Assembly (NCBI GenBank): GCA_026415215.1
Contig: JAOAHN010000072.1
Location: 2,899-66,898 of the forward strand
DNA length: 64,000 nucleotides
Direction of reading: 5' to 3'
Source of the DNA: Candidatus Hydrogenedentota bacterium
Lineage (GTDB): Bacteria; Hydrogenedentota; Hydrogenedentia; Hydrogenedentales; Hydrogenedentaceae
The position numbers were made by a program, and so were the translations under genes. Each line of letters opens with the position of its first letter. Positions within the stretch are counted from its first letter, which is position 1. Shown here in pieces: positions 28,026 through 36,491 of this stretch. The notes beneath the pieces are model-generated. The model saw only the letters and a program-made list of their open reading frames with translations. It was not told the DNA's origin and made no database searches.

Positions 28026-28757
28026 ATGTCGAAAAATCAAAAAAAAGTAGAAGTTTGGATTGTAGAAGATGAGATTGACCTGAGTGAAATGTTAGCACTG
28101 AGTCTAAGGAACAATGGTTGTGAAGTAATAGAATTTTCTAATTCTGAGAAATTTCTGGAAGTTTTTGAATTGAGGAAACCTCCAAATGTAGTAATCACTG
28201 ATATAAGATTTCCATTTGGACCAAATGGGAGAGACTTGTTAAAGGCTATTAAAAGTAAAGATGTTTTCAGTCCCTCAGTAATAATTGTAACCGCTTATGA
28301 AGACTACCCCATTGAAACTTTGTATAATGAAGGAGCAGAATCTATTTTTATAAAACCCTTTGACCTTCAGGAGATAGGGTTTACAGTAAATAGATTGGCT
28401 CTGCCCTTAAGAGAGAGAATTACTACTGAACCTACTGAGTTTTTCCAACACTTTTCTTCTTCAAAAATTGTTAACAACTGTGATGTTGGGGATTATATGT
28501 TTGGAAGGGGAGGGATGTGCATTAAAACTAATCAGCGACTATTTATGAACGAAATTGTCAATTTTACAATTAGTATTAGAGAATTAGATAATATCAATGT
28601 AGAAGTTATAGGTATCGTAAGATGGGAAAATATCTATTCCCAAATACCTGAATATGGAATAGAAATAATTAAACTTACACCACCTGACCCTTATTTAGAG
28701 TTAGTTGAAAAAACACATCCATTGGCATATATACCTAATATAACTATAAACTCGTAA
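28026..28757 (+). CDS. Response regulator receiver with C-terminal PilZ-like beta-barrel
   Basis: VEDE, TDIRFP, TAY, KPF; C-terminal GRGGMCI...GIVRW...YGIEI. Confidence 0.85.
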   Translation: MSKNQKKVEVWIVEDEIDLSEMLALSLRNNGCEVIEFSNSEKFLEVFELRKPPNVVITDIRFPFGPNGRDLLKAIKSKDVFSPSVIIVTAYEDYPIETLYNEGAESIFIKPFDLQEIGFTVNRLALPLRERITTEPTEFFQHFSSSKIVNNCDVGDYMFGRGGMCIKTNQRLFMNEIVNFTISIRELDNINVEVIGIVRWENIYSQIPEYGIEIIKLTPPDPYLELVEKTHPLAYIPNITINS

Positions 28758-28773
28758 ATTAAGGAGAAGATAG

Positions 28774-29376
28774 ATGACTAAATTTCTACATTGCATATTA
28801 CTACTTGCATTAGTTTTGTCCTCTTCAATTTACTGGTGTGGGTGTCAGACATATGGAGAAGCAGCAGGTTTAGGTGCTGCAGTAGGTAGTGTTGCCGGTG
28901 CAGTAATAGGACATCAGTCAGGTCATGCATTAGAGGGCGCAGCAGTAGGAGCAGTGCTCGGTGGTTTAGCCGGGTTGGTAGCACACGACATAAAAGTGAG
29001 GCAAGCTAAGTCTGCCCAACAAACCGCAGCTGAATACAATTATCAGGCATCTCAAGGAGAAAAACTGCTCTTCGAGAGAGCGGAAGTTTTACCACCTACT
29101 ACCACTCCAGGTAATATGATAGAGTCTACAATACAGTACGCTCTGCTGGGTACAGGGTCCGGTGTTCAAGTCACAGAAAGTAGAACACTTGTAAAAGGAA
29201 ATCAAGTTATCGCAGAACTTTCCACATCTACTATGACAAGAACTGATGGAACCTGGGTTAGCAGTCAGCAATTTAGACTTCCTCCTAACTTAACCCCAGG
29301 AGAATACTCTATTCTGACCAGGGTTACTACTCGTTTATCATCTATCTCAGGAAGTGCAAGTTTTATAGTAAATTAG
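28774..29376 (+). CDS. Glycine-zipper lipoprotein with C-terminal beta-sandwich domain
   Basis: Signal peptide with GC; GAAVGSVAGAVIG / GAAVGAVLGGLAG zipper. Confidence 0.75.
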   Translation: MTKFLHCILLLALVLSSSIYWCGCQTYGEAAGLGAAVGSVAGAVIGHQSGHALEGAAVGAVLGGLAGLVAHDIKVRQAKSAQQTAAEYNYQASQGEKLLFERAEVLPPTTTPGNMIESTIQYALLGTGSGVQVTESRTLVKGNQVIAELSTSTMTRTDGTWVSSQQFRLPPNLTPGEYSILTRVTTRLSSISGSASFIVN

Positions 29377-29377
29377 A

Positions 29378-30694
29378 ATGCTCAAGGTGATGCAAAGGAT
29401 AACAATACTTATATTAACCTATTTACTTTTTTCAACAATGTTAACTTCCTCAGTAAATTCTGAGATACTTGCGGGCTCATCAAAAATTTCCATAAATCCA
29501 TTTCCTCAGGGACTAAATGTTCAATTAGGAGGTTATGGTGAAAGAGCAGGTAAGCCTGCGGAAGGAGTTCATGATACAACTTACGCCAAGGCACTTGTTC
29601 TCCATGATCCTTATAAAAATCAGTATCTTTTTATTATAACAGCAGATATTTGTCATATACCCTGGAGTGTAGTAAAACATACGGTAGCAAAAGCAAAATT
29701 ACCTTATCTAAACGAAGATAACCTTGTAATAATGGCATCTCACACCCATGCGGGACTTGAGGGAATGTCTCTGGATGAAAGAAATATTCTTCAAAACCAG
29801 CATATAGGTATATTTGACCCTAAGATGCTCGAATTTATCACATCTCAGCTTGCAATTCTAATTAAAGATTCATTAAAAGAATTACATCCAGTCACTTTTT
29901 CTTCCAAAGCTGTGGAGGTGGTGGGCTTAAACAAAAACAGACGAAATGATAAAAAGCCCGTAGACTCCACGCTAAATATATTGAGGTTCGATCGTAATGG
30001 TGCCCCATGGGTTATATTCGTCAACTATACCGCTCACGAAACTATTATGACTCCTAAAGAAATGCTTCTATCAGCTGGATATCCAGGTATTATTCAAAGG
30101 ATAGTAGAAGCATTCTATCCCGGTTCCACTTGTATGTTTTCCAACGGTGCAGAGGGAGATGTTGCCCCCGCAGGATATTCGGGAAGCTCTGCCTGGGAGA
30201 AAATGGAAAACTATGGAATTGCCCTCTCAAAAGTTACATTAGAAGCTTTAGAATCCATGAGTACTAACCCCATAACTTCCTTTAATCACGAAGTTTTATG
30301 GGTAGAACTTCCCCCGAAAGAACTTGCTCCTGATTTTCTCAAAATTGCAGGTGATGAATATAGAGTTCCTGAAGAAGTAGCAAGAAGTGTCATAAGTCAA
30401 CTTTTTCCTGATAAGGCACCTATTCATGGTATTAGGATCAATAGTTCCGCTATTATAACTTTTCCCGGAGAGCCTATTTCTGCAATAGGTTTAGCAGTTA
30501 AACAAAGAATGCGAGAGAAGAACATAGAACACCCGGTAGTGGTATCTCTTACAAATGACTTAATAGGCTATATACTTACAGAGGAAGAATACTCCAATAG
30601 TGGATACGAAGTTACCGCTTCCTTTTATGGCTCCCAACTTGGCGCCCTAATCACTCAATCTGCTTATACTTTAATAGATAAATTAGCAGATTAA
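29378..30694 (+). CDS. Neutral/alkaline ceramidase-family amidohydrolase, secreted
   Basis: LGGYG.R, GVHD, ASHTHAG, NYTAH, GAEGDV, FPGEP, GYILT...GYE. Confidence 0.85.
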   Translation: MLKVMQRITILILTYLLFSTMLTSSVNSEILAGSSKISINPFPQGLNVQLGGYGERAGKPAEGVHDTTYAKALVLHDPYKNQYLFIITADICHIPWSVVKHTVAKAKLPYLNEDNLVIMASHTHAGLEGMSLDERNILQNQHIGIFDPKMLEFITSQLAILIKDSLKELHPVTFSSKAVEVVGLNKNRRNDKKPVDSTLNILRFDRNGAPWVIFVNYTAHETIMTPKEMLLSAGYPGIIQRIVEAFYPGSTCMFSNGAEGDVAPAGYSGSSAWEKMENYGIALSKVTLEALESMSTNPITSFNHEVLWVELPPKELAPDFLKIAGDEYRVPEEVARSVISQLFPDKAPIHGIRINSSAIITFPGEPISAIGLAVKQRMREKNIEHPVVVSLTNDLIGYILTEEEYSNSGYEVTASFYGSQLGALITQSAYTLIDKLAD

Positions 30695-30730
30695 TAGCAG
30701 TCCTTACTATATTGAAGAATCCATCTTTTT

Positions 30731-31822
30731 CTATCCGTGGCTTTTCACAAAGTCCTCCATAAATTTACTAAGTGCCAGGCACCCTTCATACGGCATAGCA
30801 TTATAAATTGAAGCTCTGCAACCTCCTACAGATCTATGCCCCTTCAAACCATGCAGACCTTCAGCAGTAGCCTTTTCTAAAAACTCCTTCTCTAAGCTCT
30901 CCGACGGAAGTCTGAAAGTGATGTTCATCCTCGAACGAGATGTTTTTTCTGCATGCCCTAAATAAAATTCACTATACTTATCGATTACATCATATATAAC
31001 TTGGGCTTTCTTCTTGTTAATCTCCTCTATTTTTTCAAGTCCCCCTACGCTATTCAAAACCCAATCCAGGACAAGCGATATTATGTAGATATTCCATGTG
31101 GAGGGCGTATTGTATAGAGAATTATTCTCTACCATTACTTTATAGTCAAGCAAAGAGGGTAATCCATTTGGGACTCGTTCAAGTAAATCTTCCCTTATTA
31201 TGACTACTGCTGTGCCAGAGGGGCCTATGTTCTTCTGTGCTCCTGCATATATCAGTGCGTACTTAGTTATATCTATGGGTCTGGATAAGAAATCTGAAGA
31301 TGCATCACAGAAAAGAGGTTTGTCACCGACTTCAGGTTCCTCAAAAAATTCAATACCTTGAATTGTCTCATTGGAGGTAAAATGAACATACTTTGCATCT
31401 GGGGATAGTCTCAACTCCTCTGATTTAGGAATCCTTCTATAATTTTCACCTTTTCCTGACCATACTTCTACCACCTCACCATGCTTTTTAGCCTCACCCA
31501 TTGCCTTGGATGCCCACGAACCCGTGTTAATATAGTCTGCTTTTCCTCCATTCAGAAAATTCATTGCTATCATCGAAAACTGTAGCGTAGCACCTCCGGG
31601 GGTAAAAATAATACTATAATTCCTTGGAAGGTTTAAGAGTTTTCTCAGAGAATCTTTTGCTGATTCTAAAATTTTCTCAAAAACTTTTGATCTATGACTT
31701 ATTTCCATTATAGAAGCACCTGCACCGGGGTATACCAACAGCTCTTCTTGTGCTTTCTGTAGAACTGGTTCTGGCAAAACTGACGGTCCTGCAGAAAAGT
31801 TAAATACGCGCCCTGGTAACAT
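30731..31822 (-). CDS. serC: Phosphoserine aminotransferase
   Basis: NFSAGP, EISHRS, NETIQG, GAQKN, YNTP, KGHRSVGGCRASIYNA. Confidence 0.98.
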   Translation of the reverse strand: MLPGRVFNFSAGPSVLPEPVLQKAQEELLVYPGAGASIMEISHRSKVFEKILESAKDSLRKLLNLPRNYSIIFTPGGATLQFSMIAMNFLNGGKADYINTGSWASKAMGEAKKHGEVVEVWSGKGENYRRIPKSEELRLSPDAKYVHFTSNETIQGIEFFEEPEVGDKPLFCDASSDFLSRPIDITKYALIYAGAQKNIGPSGTAVVIIREDLLERVPNGLPSLLDYKVMVENNSLYNTPSTWNIYIISLVLDWVLNSVGGLEKIEEINKKKAQVIYDVIDKYSEFYLGHAEKTSRSRMNITFRLPSESLEKEFLEKATAEGLHGLKGHRSVGGCRASIYNAMPYEGCLALSKFMEDFVKSHG

Positions 31823-31877
31823 ATTATTTCTCCTCTGGCTATGATTAAAATAAAAAATAAAAACTATAATTCTTCTA

Positions 31878-31886
31878 ATTTTAACA
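31878..31886 (-). promoter_or_regulatory. Candidate extended -10 element for serC
   Basis: Minus strand reads TGtTAAAAT about 55 nt upstream of the serC ATG. Confidence 0.35.
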
Positions 31887-32006
31887 TATTGCCTATATCA
31901 AAATAAAACTTATCATCAAAAAGAGATTTACTTCAAATCAACCTTCAAAAAATCAATCTTTTATATGCTTTCGTTAATATTGGATATCTTAATTATTTAC
32001 ACAGGT

Positions 32007-32024
32007 TTGTGAATCATATCACAA
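32007..32024. promoter_or_regulatory. Palindromic operator, CRP- or Rex-type
   Basis: TTGTGA-ATCATA-TCACAA: perfect CRP core TGTGA-N6-TCACA and one mismatch from Rex TTGTGAA-N4-TTCACAA; lies in the largest intergenic gap. Confidence 0.6.
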
Positions 32025-32076
32025 GTTTAAATTACTATCATCCTCGTTATTTATATATACTACTAATATTGCATGC

Positions 32077-33219
32077 CTAATAATGACATTTCTTCGCTTC
32101 GTCTGCATAGGCTCTAATTAATTCTAAATTCGCATCAAAAAAGTGGTCAGAAGGTGAGAGAATGTATCCTCCTCCTTCCCCAGCTTCTTCAAAACACTTT
32201 CTCACAGCCTTGCGCGTGTCTTCGGAAGAACAACCAATAAAATAATGATATTGATCAAAACCACCTATTAGACACACTTTATCTCCTACTCTCTTTTTCA
32301 CTTCCCTAAGATTTACATCTCCTCCCATTTCTGTTGGAGTCAGAGTTTCAATTGCATCCGGCCCCATCGATACTATCAAATCCAATATTGGCATCATACC
32401 TCCACAGGTGTGGTAAACAATCTTTTGACTTTGCTTATGGATTTCTTCAATTAGCACTGAATCATACGGTGCTACAAATTTCTCAAATACAGAAGGTGAT
32501 ATGACAGTAGATGATGCATCACCTCCTCCCAATTCCAAAATATCATATTTAGCACCTTTTAAGGACTTTATTGTTACTAATTTCCTTTCTCTCAATATCG
32601 ATAAAAATTCATGAACCCATATAGGGTCATAAAAAGTTTCCAGTATTAGATTCTCTATTCCATACATACATGCCGCATCTTGCCAACAACCGGGTTGACC
32701 AAATACATCGAAACAAGGCATTACAGTGCCTCTTACAAGTCCTCTTTCCCCAAACTCTTCTGCAAACTTATTCACTAAATCCACATCGTAAACTGGCTTG
32801 GTAATGTATTCTAATAAATTTATATCTGATTTTTTCTTAATGGGTCTTTCCAATAGCCATACTGTGTGTTTATTAAACTTTCGCACACAACTTAGGTTAC
32901 CTTTGGGGGTTATTATATTCACCCTTTCTATTGGAAAACCTTCCTCGTACCCTAAGTTCTCTCTTTCTACCCGCCACGAATCAGAAATTATGAATTGATT
33001 ATCTCTACTCCAGTATTCTCCAAGACTAAAGTTTGGTTTTATCGGCATAGTCCACAGTATAGGGTCTAATCCAAAATAATCAAAAAACGATTGTTCATCG
33101 ATTCCGTTCATATATGTGTCCAAAAAATACTTCATTAAGTGATGGGTAGTTACAGGTAGACGGTCGGGTTTTCCTCTGGAGAGAGCTGTTAGAAATCTCC
33201 GTTTTGCAGTCCACTCCAT
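32077..33219 (-). CDS. Uroporphyrinogen decarboxylase / MtaA-CmuA-like family protein
   Basis: MEWTAKRRF...PDRLP, ISPSVFEKFVAPY, YHTCGG, CLIGGFD, GGYILSP. Confidence 0.85.
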   Translation of the reverse strand: MEWTAKRRFLTALSRGKPDRLPVTTHHLMKYFLDTYMNGIDEQSFFDYFGLDPILWTMPIKPNFSLGEYWSRDNQFIISDSWRVERENLGYEEGFPIERVNIITPKGNLSCVRKFNKHTVWLLERPIKKKSDINLLEYITKPVYDVDLVNKFAEEFGERGLVRGTVMPCFDVFGQPGCWQDAACMYGIENLILETFYDPIWVHEFLSILRERKLVTIKSLKGAKYDILELGGGDASSTVISPSVFEKFVAPYDSVLIEEIHKQSQKIVYHTCGGMMPILDLIVSMGPDAIETLTPTEMGGDVNLREVKKRVGDKVCLIGGFDQYHYFIGCSSEDTRKAVRKCFEEAGEGGGYILSPSDHFFDANLELIRAYADEAKKCHY

Positions 33220-33343
33220 ACTAATTAATCTCGTAGAATTGATCTTGATTTAATCTCTGTTTAAGTGTTTTTTCAAATTTTAATATAATAATTGACAATA
33301 CTTTTGCTATACAAAAATAACTAAGAATTTACTTTTACCATAA

Positions 33344-33922
33344 ATGGACGAATTCTTACAATATAAGAGAGAACCGGTTCCTTATACTCCTCAAGAACCT
33401 TACTACCTGGGACTTAATATAGATGAACTCCCACCTATAAGGAGAAATCCTATCTACATAATCTTAGATAACCTTAGAAGTGCCTACAATGTAGGTTCAA
33501 TTTTTAGAACAGGCGATGCTGGAGCAGTCGAGCACATATACTTATGTGGAATGTCTGCTCACCCACCACACCGAAAGATAGAAAAAACAGCCCTCGGTGC
33601 TCATGAATATGTTCCATGGAGTTATTTCGAACGCACTAAAGATTGCGTTATGTTGTTAAAAAGTAAAGGGATTCCTGTGGTTGCGATAGAGATTACCCAA
33701 AGTTCAAAATCACTGTTTGACTATACTTGGCAAAAACCAATAGCTATTGTGTTAGGCAATGAAGTTGTCGGTGTTCAGGAAAAAGTATTGAAAATCGTTG
33801 ACGATGTAGTCAGGATTCCTATGTTTGGGTACAAAAATACAATAAATGTTGCCACTACTTTCGGTATTATACTTTATGACATTCTTAGAAAGTGGAACGA
33901 TCCTACTTTTCAGAATAGATAG
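33344..33922 (+). CDS. TrmH/SpoU-family RNA 2'-O-methyltransferase
   Basis: LDNLRSAYNVGSIFRT, KTALGA, LGNE, IPMFG.K..INV. Confidence 0.93.
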   Translation: MDEFLQYKREPVPYTPQEPYYLGLNIDELPPIRRNPIYIILDNLRSAYNVGSIFRTGDAGAVEHIYLCGMSAHPPHRKIEKTALGAHEYVPWSYFERTKDCVMLLKSKGIPVVAIEITQSSKSLFDYTWQKPIAIVLGNEVVGVQEKVLKIVDDVVRIPMFGYKNTINVATTFGIILYDILRKWNDPTFQNR

Positions 33923-33957
33923 CTACTATATAATTAATCTATTCATAAATTTCTTAA

Positions 33958-34956
33958 CTACACTTTGTTCCGCTTTATTTTGACCTTTTTTTGTGCTTTC
34001 GCTGATTCGTACGCATATACGGTAACTTCGACCGAACGGACTCCATCTACACCGGTAGAAAGCGGATCTCTTTTTTCTTCAATGGAATGAACGAAATCTT
34101 CAATTAAGGCAAGGTCTGGATTTTCTCCCCAAAAAGCCCATTCCGCTTTCATTACAGCATCGGAATAAACATTTAACTTTTGGTTAAATGCATCTACATA
34201 TAAAACTCCCTTAGTGCCCACTATCTCCATAGTTACATCACCCCAAGTAGGAAAGCTCTTGGGCCTGCTCCAACTTGCTATGTGAGACACTTGAATTTCG
34301 TCTTCCATTTCTAATTGCAATACGCCTATGTCGTCAGTATCGAAAACACCTTTGTGCATTTGATTACCCAAATCACAATATACCCATTCGAATTCCTTAT
34401 TTAACATCCATCTTAGCACATCTACAACATGTACTGTATGGTCCATAGTTGCGCCTCCCCCTGAAAGCGAGACTTCTGAAAACCATCCTCCTGGATAAGT
34501 CCCATTGTTAGTGCATGAAATTGCAAGTATGGTCCCTAATTTTCCACTACCAATATAGTCCCTTGCCCTCTCAATAGCCGGAATGAATCTACAAGGAAAT
34601 GCGATCCCTAATCCCACTTTTTCTCTTCTACAGGTATTTACCATCGATATAGAATCTTCAATCGTAGTAGCCAATGGTTTTTCACATAATATCCATTTCT
34701 TTGCAGAAGCACACTCTTCCACCATACGCTTGTGATTGGCATTTTCAGATGTAATGATTACTCCATCAATTGGAAGTCCTAAAAAATCATCCAGATTCTC
34801 AACAAACCTGGTGTTATATTTTTCACTGGCCTCTTTACCCCTGTTTTTATCATCATCCCAAATTGCGGTAAGTTCAACCCCCGGTAGTGAATTTACACAA
34901 TGAGCATAGCTATATGCATGAAGATGTGCAAAACTCATTATTCCTATCCTAATCAT
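33958..34956 (-). CDS. Gfo/Idh/MocA oxidoreductase
   Basis: IGIMSFAHLH, CEKPLA, GGGATMDHTVH. Confidence 0.92.
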   Translation of the reverse strand: MIRIGIMSFAHLHAYSYAHCVNSLPGVELTAIWDDDKNRGKEASEKYNTRFVENLDDFLGLPIDGVIITSENANHKRMVEECASAKKWILCEKPLATTIEDSISMVNTCRREKVGLGIAFPCRFIPAIERARDYIGSGKLGTILAISCTNNGTYPGGWFSEVSLSGGGATMDHTVHVVDVLRWMLNKEFEWVYCDLGNQMHKGVFDTDDIGVLQLEMEDEIQVSHIASWSRPKSFPTWGDVTMEIVGTKGVLYVDAFNQKLNVYSDAVMKAEWAFWGENPDLALIEDFVHSIEEKRDPLSTGVDGVRSVEVTVYAYESAKAQKKVKIKRNKV

Positions 34957-34982
34957 AATACTTTCTCCTCTTATTAAGAACT

Positions 34983-35957
34983 TTACAACTTTATTACTTG
35001 TTTAAGCACTGAAGATTTAATACACGCACTCGCTATCTCAACAGCCTTAAGGCCATCGTATAGATTTACTCTTGGTTGCTCATCTTTTTCAATCCAACCT
35101 AAGAAATCTTCCCACTCCCTTTCATAAGGACTCTTTCTTACAGGACTTTCAGGTATGATTGTTCCTTGTGAAGCTTCTTTTTTTCGCAGTTGTATATCAA
35201 TTGGTCCTTCCATGTTGTCGTAGTAAATTAATCCTCCACTACCACACACTTCCACTTTCACTCTAAAGCCTACCGCATGAGCCCAGGTGCCTATAACTAG
35301 CCCAAGAACACCGTTCTTCATCCTAATTGTAACCTGAGAGTAGTCTAAAGGCGGTCTATTAAGTTTCGTAAGATTTTGACAAAACACATAATCAACTTCA
35401 CCAAACACATATCTAAGCCAGTCGAAGTCATGTATCATACAATCAAGTGTTACTCCTCCACTCTTTTCAAAATCCTGAAACCATTTTTTTACACCACTTG
35501 GAGATGCCCCACCCCTATACATCTTTATAAATCCGACTTCTCCTATCTTACCGAGAGTAATTTGTTCACGAATAGCCTCAAACTCATGAAAGTATCTAAC
35601 TACATGTCCCACAAAAACCTTAGCTGAACTATTTTCAGCCTTTCTAACAATCTTGGCACATTCTTCTGTTGTTCTACAGAGAGGTTTTTCGCAAAAAACA
35701 TGCTTACCTTTTGCTATAGCCCGGTCCAAAGCAGGATAGTGATATGGTGTGGGCGTTGCTATTACTACCAAATCTACTTTAGGGTCATCAATTAGATCTT
35801 CCCAACTACTTGATACTTTCGCTCCGACCTCTTTGGCAAAGGATTTTCCAGCTTTTCCGATTTCATCAAAACATTTGCTAACTTTCAACCCAAGATTTTG
35901 GGCACATTTGGCATGAAGCTTTCCCATTGTTCCACAGCCAATTATTCCTACATTCAT
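34983..35957 (-). CDS. Gfo/Idh/MocA oxidoreductase
   Basis: GCGTMG, CEKPL, GHVVRYF, SGGVTLDCMIHDFD. True start is MNVG at 35957 with AAGGAG SD; the track extension runs through the tRNA. Confidence 0.92.
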   Translation of the reverse strand: MNVGIIGCGTMGKLHAKCAQNLGLKVSKCFDEIGKAGKSFAKEVGAKVSSSWEDLIDDPKVDLVVIATPTPYHYPALDRAIAKGKHVFCEKPLCRTTEECAKIVRKAENSSAKVFVGHVVRYFHEFEAIREQITLGKIGEVGFIKMYRGGASPSGVKKWFQDFEKSGGVTLDCMIHDFDWLRYVFGEVDYVFCQNLTKLNRPPLDYSQVTIRMKNGVLGLVIGTWAHAVGFRVKVEVCGSGGLIYYDNMEGPIDIQLRKKEASQGTIIPESPVRKSPYEREWEDFLGWIEKDEQPRVNLYDGLKAVEIASACIKSSVLKQVIKL

Positions 35958-35983
35958 ATACCGGCTCCTTTTAAAAATAAATT

Positions 35984-36067
35984 TGGCGGAGGGTGAGGGA
36001 CTCGAACCCTCAAGCCCGAAGGCGCCGGTTTTCAAGACCGGTGGATTATCAATTATCCTAACCCTCC
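35984..36067 (-). tRNA. tRNA-Ser: tRNA-Ser (anticodon UGA), CCA encoded
   Basis: Minus strand folds as GGAGGGT TA GGAT-AATTGATA-ATCC A CCGGT-CTTGAAA-ACCGG C GCC-TTCG-GGC TT GAGGG-TTCGAGT-CCCTC ACCCTCC G CCA; G73, class II variable arm. Confidence 0.93.
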
Positions 36068-36090
36068 GCTTCTTTACTTTATATGAATAA

Positions 36091-36119
36091 TTTATATCAA
36101 AACGAGAATCTATTTTCAA
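36091..36119 (-). promoter_or_regulatory. Sigma70-type promoter for tRNA-Ser and downstream oxidoreductases
   Basis: Minus strand TTGAAA - 17 nt - TATAAA with extended TG, 23 nt upstream of tRNA +1. Confidence 0.65.
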
Positions 36120-36130
36120 ATAATTTAACG

Positions 36131-36433
36131 CTAATCATTTACTCTCGTGATATCATCTATTATTTCTTCAATGTCTTCTATTTTTACTTCACTATACCAT
36201 GTTCCTTCTGGAAAAACCATGATATTTGGACCATAAGAACATTTACCTAAGCAACCCGCTTTAGATACTCTGATCACATCACTTAAGTTGCTTTCTCTAA
36301 CTTTATCCCTTAGCCTTGTCAGTATCTCATCCCCATTTTTTCTTCCACAACAGGGCTTTGTCAAATCTTCTTTTATATTCGTGCACACTAAAACCATCTT
36401 TTTATAAGGCACCGAATTTTTGTTCATAATCAA
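36131..36433 (-). CDS. Thioredoxin-like [2Fe-2S] ferredoxin
   Basis: VCTN...CC...GCLGKC..GP..V.PEG.WY; AGGAGG SD (start TTG 36433 or ATG 36427). Confidence 0.9.
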   Translation of the reverse strand: MIMNKNSVPYKKMVLVCTNIKEDLTKPCCGRKNGDEILTRLRDKVRESNLSDVIRVSKAGCLGKCSYGPNIMVFPEGTWYSEVKIEDIEEIIDDITRVND

Positions 36434-36491
36434 TTTAACCTCCTCTGTTTGATTAGAGTAAAATTATACTACTTTTCTGAGGCTTCTTGAG

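Noticed and set aside
28860-28980. Repeated GCAGTAGG-like words
   Set aside because: Explained by the Gly/Ala zipper coding sequence; not a CRISPR or DNA repeat.
31823-32076. Replication origin or small ORF in the AT-rich gap
   Set aside because: Only weak two-mismatch DnaA-box-like words, no dnaA context and no convincing ORF.
35984-36067. tRNA-Sec, opal suppressor or plus-strand tRNA-Leu(CAA) reading
   Set aside because: Anticodon UGA reads UCA (Ser), whereas Sec needs UCA; the fold is 7/5; CCA and the T-loop exist only on the minus strand.
35958-36119. 54-aa N-terminal extension of the Gfo/Idh/MocA ORF in the track
   Set aside because: It runs through the tRNA gene and its promoter; a good SD precedes ATG 35957.
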